Both the position numbers and the translations under genes were made by a program. From Catajapyx aquilonaris (Eukaryota): a DNA stretch of 46,538 nt. Under the pieces are notes generated by a model. It was not told where the DNA came from, ran no database searches, and worked only from the letters and a program-made list of their open reading frames with translations. Where the stretch lies: the NCBI GenBank assembly GCA_000934665.2, contig KZ538809.1, positions 1 to 46,538 of the forward strand, in the 5' to 3' direction. Shown piece by piece: positions 37,958 to 46,538 of this stretch. Position 1 is the stretch's first letter. Every line of letters starts with the position of its first letter.

Positions 37958-39662
37958 ACAGTAAAAATCATATCTGACATTATTAGGCAAACTTTTAAAA
38001 CTTGTAATAAGTCTGGTAAAAAGTCTAAAAAAACCCGTGTTACGGTAGCATATAATGTGACAGAATAATAGACACAGTGGATAGGATTTGCCAGGGTGCA
38101 GCCTGCTCGTTTCACGTTTTGTGCAGTTTTCCTGTAATACTAATTATAACTTCGGGAAACATCCATTCAGTCAACAATTTTAAATCTGATATGCTGGTTT
38201 ACCGGGAGTGGCCACATTTGGCATGTGCCCCATAATGACTGCAGAATATCGTTATTTTGTCTGCAATGCATCTCTACTGCGTTCGATTGGAATTGAATGG
38301 CAAACCCAAGAATGGAATGTATAGACTATAGGATTTCAAATTATCTGACAATTACAACAAATCCTGCTGTTTTATTTTGATGTAAGTTAGTCATAGTTTA
38401 TCTGTTGCAGCAATGCGGCACAACATCGGAAATTGACACATGAACAGCAAAGCTTAATTTCTGTAATAAAAATATAATGAAATGTCACGCACAAGATAGT
38501 CACAAAATCGCGTTAATTATAGAGTTCATGATATCACGTGACATATTAATAAAATTAATGAACTATTCTATAAGGCGATGTTTGTATATATGTCGGCATG
38601 ATGAAAACACTATTATAACAGTTAAATTTTGGGTTCCACGAAAGTTCCAAGTGGAACAAGTTAGTCATATGCTGCTGAAGTGAAGCAGTGCGCTTAACAT
38701 TTCAGCAAGTTTCACTTTAAAGTACAACGAAACAGTACAGGCATTTTTTATGCTAGCAACTATACAATGTTTCCTCACACACAATATTTTTTTATAATTT
38801 ATCACTCGTCACTTAATAATATCGATAGCCTGTAATGTGTCCAAGACTGGATTTTTTTAAACGAACATTTTTTGAATTTCCCCTTAGACATTTTTTTTTC
38901 CAGCGTCCACTTTTGGGCTTCAGATGTTCCTATAATATCCGCTCTCCAATATACCCAAGATTTGTGCATGACTCAAAAGGAACATGCAAATACGTAAATA
39001 TGATTCACCAGAGAAAAGCCTGACGCCAGCATAGCTGCTGCTGCTGCTTCAGCGTCTCTGCAGAATATTATCATTCATTTCTCAGGAAATGAGCCTGGAT
39101 GGAGTCATTTGCGAGCCATCTGTCCTTAATTACGCCCCTGAGTTAATGCGCTCTTTACAACTTCTAATCCCTCCTCCCTTCCCCCCATTCCTCCTTTACT
39201 CCTCCTCTTCCCTCTCTCCCGTCTCAGGCTTCCTTTCTAAGCTCCATTTGATCTTCTCACATATTTGCCAAAGTGCACTCCAACAATCCCGACTCTTTCA
39301 AGGACTTCTGCTGCTCCCTCCCTTTCTGCGACATCAGGTCCCTCATGAAAACCGCCTTTATAATATAGGGAATCTCTCATTTGTCAGCTGAGCTGAATTA
39401 TTCATTAAGGTTAGGTTGTATATCATTCAGCGAACAGAGATTTGGGCCTGAAATTATCCCACGGAACTTTGATGGACTTCTCCAGGTTGGCGTATTCATT
39501 GATATGTAGATCAATCGAGTGACATTTTAAACAATACGCAGTTGGTCTTACATATTATAGTGAAAGTTCTCTTGTAAGTATAGGAAGTCGTGATGTTGTC
39601 AAGCGTTTTGAATAAGTTTTGTTAAAAAATACATAAAAATATCCAGGGAGGTTTGTACGTTG

Positions 39663-39908
39663 GTTGGCTCAGAAGGACCTCATAATGGCACATAATAGAA
39701 CATTCGCCGCCACTACAGGCATATTATAATCATCACCAATCAACGAAGGGAGATGGATGAAACTTGGGTAGCACTAGAAAGGACAAGGAAGGAATAATCC
39801 ATAGTCATTCTATAGAAGGAAACCATACCTGGTCGGCCCCAGGATTCGAACCCAGGACCTCCCGAATGGCAATATCAAAGCCTAACCACTAGGCTATGCC
39901 GCTTCGGT
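39663..39908 (-). mobile_element. tRNA-derived SINE with the related head but a different body and tail
   Basis: Minus strand ACCGAAGCGGCATAGCCTAGTGGTTAGG...GGGAGGTCCTGGGTTCGAATCCTGGGGCCG. Degenerate 15-bp TSD GA(G/A)GTTTGTA(C/A)GTTG at 39648-62 and 39909-23. Ends ...GAGGTCCTTCTGAGCCAAC. Confidence 0.8.
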
Positions 39909-42900
39909 GAAGTTTGTAAGTTGCAAGTGAAAGAAGCATCGACTGGAGATTATCTTTATTGGACGTCTCAATTAGACCCATAAAATATTTGAACCAGGCT
40001 GTATCTCAGTATTAACAAAATGCAATATGGGGCAAAGGCTATTTCGTGAAAACTCTCAGGATTTCAGAAATGACTTCATCAATACATTGGATCTCATCCA
40101 AGCAATTAAATGCTGCCATTATATACAGTATGATTACATGCCACATTTTTGTAACCTAAGATTTTATAGAATCCGAGAGAAGTATAAGTGAAATGGGCAT
40201 GCCCCTTTGTACGACATGCGCATGTATAAAAACTTGAGAGATGAATATTATTACGAACCTTATTATATTCAGCCGTAAAGCAAGAAGCACATTTGAAAAT
40301 TTTTTGATGGGCAATATTCCACATAAAATTTTATTTTGCAATTTCTGGAAGAGCTTCGCCTCTCATGAAACGCACAATTATTTCTTGGTAATGCATATAT
40401 TATAGACTGGTTTTTCGGATCGTTGGCGGAATGCATATAAGGTACAGCATACACGTAATGCTGTATAGAATAAAAGTGTCAATGATGTAAGTTACGCATG
40501 CTGTATAATGTAGACTATAATTATCTGACATGTTAAGTCATGTTTTTCATTGAAAAAAAACTCTCGCGGTATAGAGCTGGTGCCAACAGATTCCGAATGC
40601 AGTTATGCCACACAACTCCTGTTTCCTGTGTGTGCTGGCCATTCCATATTGTTGAAAAAGCAATAGGCCCGCTCAAGGAAACTAAAATGTTGGTGGCTTA
40701 GAAAGATCTTGACATACAAGGTAATTATAATTATTTCATATGTTCTACTTTCAAAATCTCGCCCGATCAAGACTATCTGTTGTCAGGCCTTTTTCGCCTC
40801 AGTAACTTAACGTGGGCCGTTATAGGCTGACAGTGTACGATGTACTGTATAATCACAAAAGGGGCAATTTTGACAAACCCTCATGCCTATATAGCGCCTC
40901 CTCCCCAGATTCAAACTTGTAGGGCTATATACACTGTAAGACCAATTTGGCTCCTAATTAAATTATAATTTGTATGTCTATTCCAATGATATATAGCTGA
41001 GAATAGGTAACCTTTATATACTGAATAGATCATATTATTAATTCCGTGCCAATTTTAGTGGCAGGCAATTGCGTTATAACTTCAATAAAATTTGAAAGAT
41101 ACGATAGCCACACCATACCAAAGTGGGTAATCGTCTTTGGGTGAGCAGCAACTTCTGGACCTAAATGCACTCTTCAACCATTCACCAAGGAGGAGGAGTG
41201 AACTACTGTTGTTCAGTTTTGTGAATAGAGGGGACAAAAGCCTATTTAAATGTACCGGCAAATGCAGAAGCAATATGGAATACGTGTTATGATAAAAATT
41301 TTAGGTGCTATCATAGCTCGATTCGCTTGGTCAGCTCGTGACGCTTCTGTGAGACTACTTTATTCTCATCTTTCTGATGGAATTTGTTACACCACTCCTA
41401 AAACAAGTTACTGAGACATACGTGGTAGATCCGTATTGTGCTTTCATTTGCCAATCATTTTGATGTGATCTGTCCTTTCAATGTACAAAACTTAATTACA
41501 GCTCTCTTCTCCTCTTTTGTGCAGCTGCAGCATGTCTAAAAGGGCCCCGCGGCTCCACAAATGCTGTACGACCCTGCCCGCTGCACCTATATATACGTGT
41601 ACATAGACTACTGTATACGTAGACAAACTGCGTGAACTTATGAGTAAACTATACTGTACCATGATATATGAGTCCGCCACTGTACATTTTGAATGGCATC
41701 CCAAACGGCGGGTTTTAAAGTATATAAGCTGCACTTTTATCAGCTTTTATGTGATCCACCTTGTACAATTATTATAATGTGCGTTTAGAGATTGATTTTG
41801 TGCGTGTATAAACTTCTTACAGCCCTATAGTACTTGGTGGTTCAGATGGAAAGTACAGTGTATGATGAGTGCGAAGAATAGCTTTTTAAAATTCCTTATC
41901 AGTCGAACATGGCACAATAATTGCATATTTAAAAAGTAGCAAACAGACTAAATTGGTGTTTCTCTATATTTTACTCCTAATTATTTGCAAGTCTCTTACT
42001 TTTCTATCGTATTTCACAATATTGTATTGTACCGGTTGCGCCACAATAAGTGATATTGGAAAGTGGCGAGAGGGCCTTTGTAACGCTATAGTAAACAGGC
42101 ATTTTCACTTCCGAGAACAAGATTTGTTGAAAATGAGGTAGTAATCATATTTTTCAAAAACCTTATGCAGTTTATTTCTCACCAATTCCATAACCCGAAT
42201 AAGTCAGTTACATGCATAATTGGGGAAATGTTTCCTTGAAAATTCTTGGACAAAGCTTACCTCTTCTCGGAGGCGCACCTATTTACTATTTCAGGCTATG
42301 CACTATTATAGGAGAGTGATTCTGCGGTCATCAAGACGCTCAACAGCGAACTCGTTAAAAAGTGAAGACTTTGTTGGAGTTTACTGATGGCGAATGACAA
42401 TTTTGTTTATGGGAATAAATATCTGAAGTGCGGACCGGATTGCTCTTGGGAGGCAGTAGAGAAACACTACACGTGTAGGCCTATACTTACGAGGTTTAGC
42501 TTCGTATAAGTCCACAAGCAGTCTATTGTGAGTCTAGTGTATTTACGGTACACGTACTGCATACTCGTATAGGGTATAGCCTACGTGTATGATACTGTCG
42601 AGAGCGAAAGTCCTATAGCGTCTGACATGCAGAACTTTCAGAGTTAGTCTATATTGAAATAAATTTTTGATATAAGGTTTCAGGTTTGAAGATTGCATTA
42701 TAATATTATGAGATCCTGTTATTTTAAACATTTCTGTGTCAGACAGTATTTCCTCTCTCAAAAACACTGACTTGACCATCAGACTTTCCATCAGACCTGA
42801 CCATCAGAATGCATCAAGGACTACATCACACAATGTCTAATGCCCTTATGACCAAAATGTGACTGATCTTTCTTCATTCCAGATCTTCGTCTGTTTATAG

Positions 42901-45860
42901 CCCTATACAAGTTTGCAATATCACAGGATAATGCGCAAATATGATACTTGCACACTCCTAGTCTGCATTTTCCATTGTAAGTGTAAATACTCATTTAAAT
43001 ACCAAGACCGCCGTTTACTCACTGCTCTTACTACACTGTTTACGAGGCAAGTCTCGCTTCAATGGCCAATCCTACCCGCCCAGAATATCGTATCCCCCAG
43101 AAGCGAGCAGTGCGCGACATCTGTTGACATTTCATGAAACTGCTAAGCTACTAAAATCATACATTTGTGCTGTGCAGTTAGAGTGGTGCAGTAAGTACTG
43201 TACGTCACCTTCCGTACTAAACAAACCACACTATTAAATGAGTTAGACCTTTCACTCGACCGTAATATTATAATATTATTAAATATTCCATTGCTACTTG
43301 CCAGGAAAAATATAATTCGGATTGAAGGCATATTGGTGTATAGTTCTGTCAGGATGCAGCAGTTCATATCGTAGCCTATAAAATGTTAAATATGTTCAAT
43401 TATCCTTTACTCACTGACAACACCTTCATTATAATAGTGTAACATGGTTACAGGCATGTGGACATGTAATAATGAATGTTACAAATGAGAAATTCAGCGC
43501 GGTATACTTGGCCGCTTTGCTTTCTGTCTTGCAAATTTTATTGCCTCAGAAACTGGGTTTAAAATGGGTCTCGAGGAATCAGAACAGTGAGATTATTATA
43601 GTCAAGCCCTTCTCTCCACGGATATATTGATTTTCAACGCTGCTGTTTTCCACGCCACTCAGTATATTCAGGAAGGGAAGACTGCTTCGGAAAAGTTCTC
43701 TGGACACAAAGCAGAAACATAAATAAGGGGCTTCCTATATATATTCTCAACAACACATCCCCGAAGTTATATAAACTATAGGATTTTGTTCAAAACAGCA
43801 TTGGACGAGGTTTGAACTAATTTTTAAAACACATTAATGTAGAGAAAATTGGACCAATCCACAGGCAAAATATGTGCATTACTTAACACACTGACGATAA
43901 ATGAAGGAAAAAAAATCGGATCAACTATGCGAATCAAAGCGCTCTATCAAGCAGGACTATATGCAGCATGTTGCGCATATGAGCTTACATTATTACGACC
44001 TAAACGTGTCGATAATGCACTGCAATTATGGCGAAAGTTAATTAGCTTAAAACCTCAGTTGTGCTGCTAAGGACTTAATGACATAAACCTTTTTTCATCC
44101 CCTCCCCTCCAACCGCTCTCTCTACATCCCACTATGCATCCTACATGCACACTCAAACACACCATGTGAAGCTCGTAACGAGTCCTGAAAAGAGTTTGTA
44201 CAGCCAAGTGCTTGCAGTCCACACCACTCACGTTCAAGATATTCGATCGCCAAGTGCATAATAAAGATGTGTATACGGATATTACTGAGTACAGATATCG
44301 TAAAAATCGTGTGCGTCAAATTGCCAAATGGGAATTTTTCATGGTAATATGCAATGCCTGATACGTTTATATGCCAAGTCAATTAGACCCGACGATGCAG
44401 ATTTTACAATCTTATGAATAATTTAATATGGAATTAAATAACATATCATGTTTTGGTACAGGCATAGTTAATGCCAATTATTGTTAGAATAATATTTTCT
44501 GGCTGCTTTCGACGAGTTAGTTTTGTCTTTTAAAAAATTTATTCGACGCCCCAACCGTTTCTAAACCTCTCTGCATTTCGTCTCCTCTTCTGTTGCTCAG
44601 TTCATTTAAATTGACATTTTTAAAGAAAAAAAAAGGAAAGTGCTACGTGAAAATCTCTTCACTAGTCTCAAGAGCTGTATGTATACTGTGAACCATATTA
44701 TCTTACCAAGCACGTCTGTCGCATCCCGCAATGCAGCACAACACATAGCCCGAAGCTAATCAACATTACTGTTATTAACTTTTCCTCTATTCCTCCCAAA
44801 AAGTAAAATTCTTTGGAGCCTATCTGCAACAATTTACACCAAAAAAATATTTTGCAATCTTTATAAACCCTACGCAAAATATTGATACTATTGCTGCTTC
44901 ACAATATTACTGATCAATATATTTCATTTCACACCGGGTCATGACCCATGTTTTCTTTCTGCAACTGCATAAATAACTTCCTGGTGATTTCTTTGCCTTC
45001 CCAGTTTCCCTTGCACATTATACCCTTCGCGTTTCTAACTCTTCCCGAATTCAATTATTATCTCATTTTGCATTGTGTCCATAGCGAGCCTGCATCTCTT
45101 GCTCACAGCCTCTGGGATTTATGTAGTACTCCATGCAGATGAGTCTGGCAGGAAGAGGAGGGAGAGCAAGAGGGGGGGAAAGAGAGGGGGATCTTAACCC
45201 CCACCACCACCTCCCTTTTCCCCCCCTTTTGCCCCCGCGGGGCAGCCCCGGGGCCTGCTGAGGTGCATGCGGTTCGTTTCATCGTTCGAGGCTCCAAATT
45301 TGTTTTACAAAGACCATCACTTTAATAGAGCAGGAAAGGAATCCATTCTAGAGATAATTACATCGCCAATAATGGAGATGGGAGTCCATTTTGCCAGAAA
45401 ATGATCCGGGATGCACACCTAACCTGATTAGCCCACCCCATCTAAAGCGAGCCTTTGTGACCCGGTCCGGATTGGAAATGAGCAGCTCCAGGCCAACATT
45501 CTCCTTCCTCCCTCCAGCCTCCATTTCATTATACTCTATGACTGCCACAATAATACTATTCCAGCCTCGGCTTTGCCTTCAGGGATGAACAACCAAAGCC
45601 ATCCTACCCCCCACCCCCCTACCCCACCATTGCCTCACTCGCTAACTGCATGCGACGATGCTATCAACACTCACTCACCCTCACACACACACAGTCAACA
45701 TGAGCATAATCAAAGTATAACATGCCGCAGTGCAAGTACAGTTTTCCACACGTACCGGTACACACACATTTCTTATCAATTATACATAATGCAAAGTAGC
45801 GTTTTTTAAAATTAGAAAATTCTCTAATTAAAAAAAACACCACTTTGTATGTGTAATGAT

Positions 45861-45908
45861 ATGGATCAGCCTACGATAAACAATTATTGTTTATATGGGC
45901 TGATCCAT
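45861..45908. repeat. Imperfect palindrome with a 1-nt loop
   Basis: ATGGATCAGCC..ATAAACAAT-T-ATTGTTTAT..GGCTGATCCAT. Confidence 0.8.
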
Positions 45909-46326
45909 CATATTGGGCTACCGTTCAGTACTTGTAAAAGGAAAGTCCCAAATAATGGCATTGATATGAGGGATAAAATGTGCTAATACACTCTGCATAT
46001 GAGTAGCTCGTTAATCTGCATTGGAAAAATATGATATAGTTGAGTCGATATTTTTTCCTCCTATAGCCTCTAGAGACCCAATGATGTATAGTATGCTATA
46101 CATTCGGTCTGCATTTTTTTAACCTCAGAAAAAATACTCACAAGGGAAGGTCACGGGGTGATAATGTCGGATCTTGATGAAATTGGACATGCTAATACAG
46201 GACAATATATGATGCCCAAAAATGAAATATTTCGTGCTGACGTCTATATTTGCAAAAGTTAACATTTTCATACTCCATGGGATTACATTAGCGACCACAT
46301 ATAATGACATTGAAGTGTGTAATCAG

Positions 46327-46538
46327 TTTCTAGACCTTTTCTCATCGGAAAAAAGTCCTACAGAACTGCTCTGGCCGTCCGTCCGTGCGTCCGTCTGTGG
46401 ACAGGTATAAAGGCCTAAACCGTAAGAGATAGCGACAAACTGTTTTCATATTCGGATTGAGAGTGACCAAAATAGGTTTCATGGTCAACTTCTGGTGACC
46501 CGCCACTTCCGGTCTTCCGGGTTCACTCTATCCGCACA
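46327..46538 (+). mobile_element. Helentron-associated (HINE/DINE-1-like) element, truncated by the window end
   Basis: T-rich start, short imperfect 5' inverted repeat (TAGACCTTTT..AAAAGTCCTA), then a (GTCC/GTCT)n microsatellite and AAACCGTAAGAGATAG. This is the typical HINE architecture. Confidence 0.65.

Noticed and set aside
42134..42145. let-7-like TGAGGTAGTA
   Set aside because: The match ends after 10 nt and there is no hairpin.
1234..43351. Window-wide enrichment of TGACAG (Meis/Hth) sites
   Set aside because: About 20 by hand count, roughly the number expected by chance for a 6-mer on both strands.

Overview
Eukaryotic, AT-rich animal genomic DNA, most likely an arthropod (inferred from the SINE body and a HINE/DINE-1-like element). 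I found no recognisable protein-coding gene, rRNA, genuine tRNA, known miRNA or CRISPR array; the window reads as a large intron or gene desert. It holds: (i) six copies plus one tail fragment of a tRNA-derived SINE family starting ACCGAAGC, most with TSDs; (ii) non-autonomous DNA transposons (Tc1/mariner MITEs with TA TSDs, PIF/Harbinger MITEs with TAA TSDs, a piggyBac-type end, an unclassified 6/8-bp-TSD element); (iii) two non-autonomous Helitrons and a Helentron/HINE-like element; (iv) two minisatellites, microsatellites and two assembly gaps at poly-C tracts; (v) GC-richer unique islands with homeodomain-type motifs. Two window-wide signals stand out: many fold-back inverted duplications with 0-1-nt loops, and an apparent excess of TA-nnn(n)-TA words (TACAGTA/TACTGTA, TAGGCCTA, TACCGGTA) that resemble transposon excision footprints. 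All counts were made by eye.
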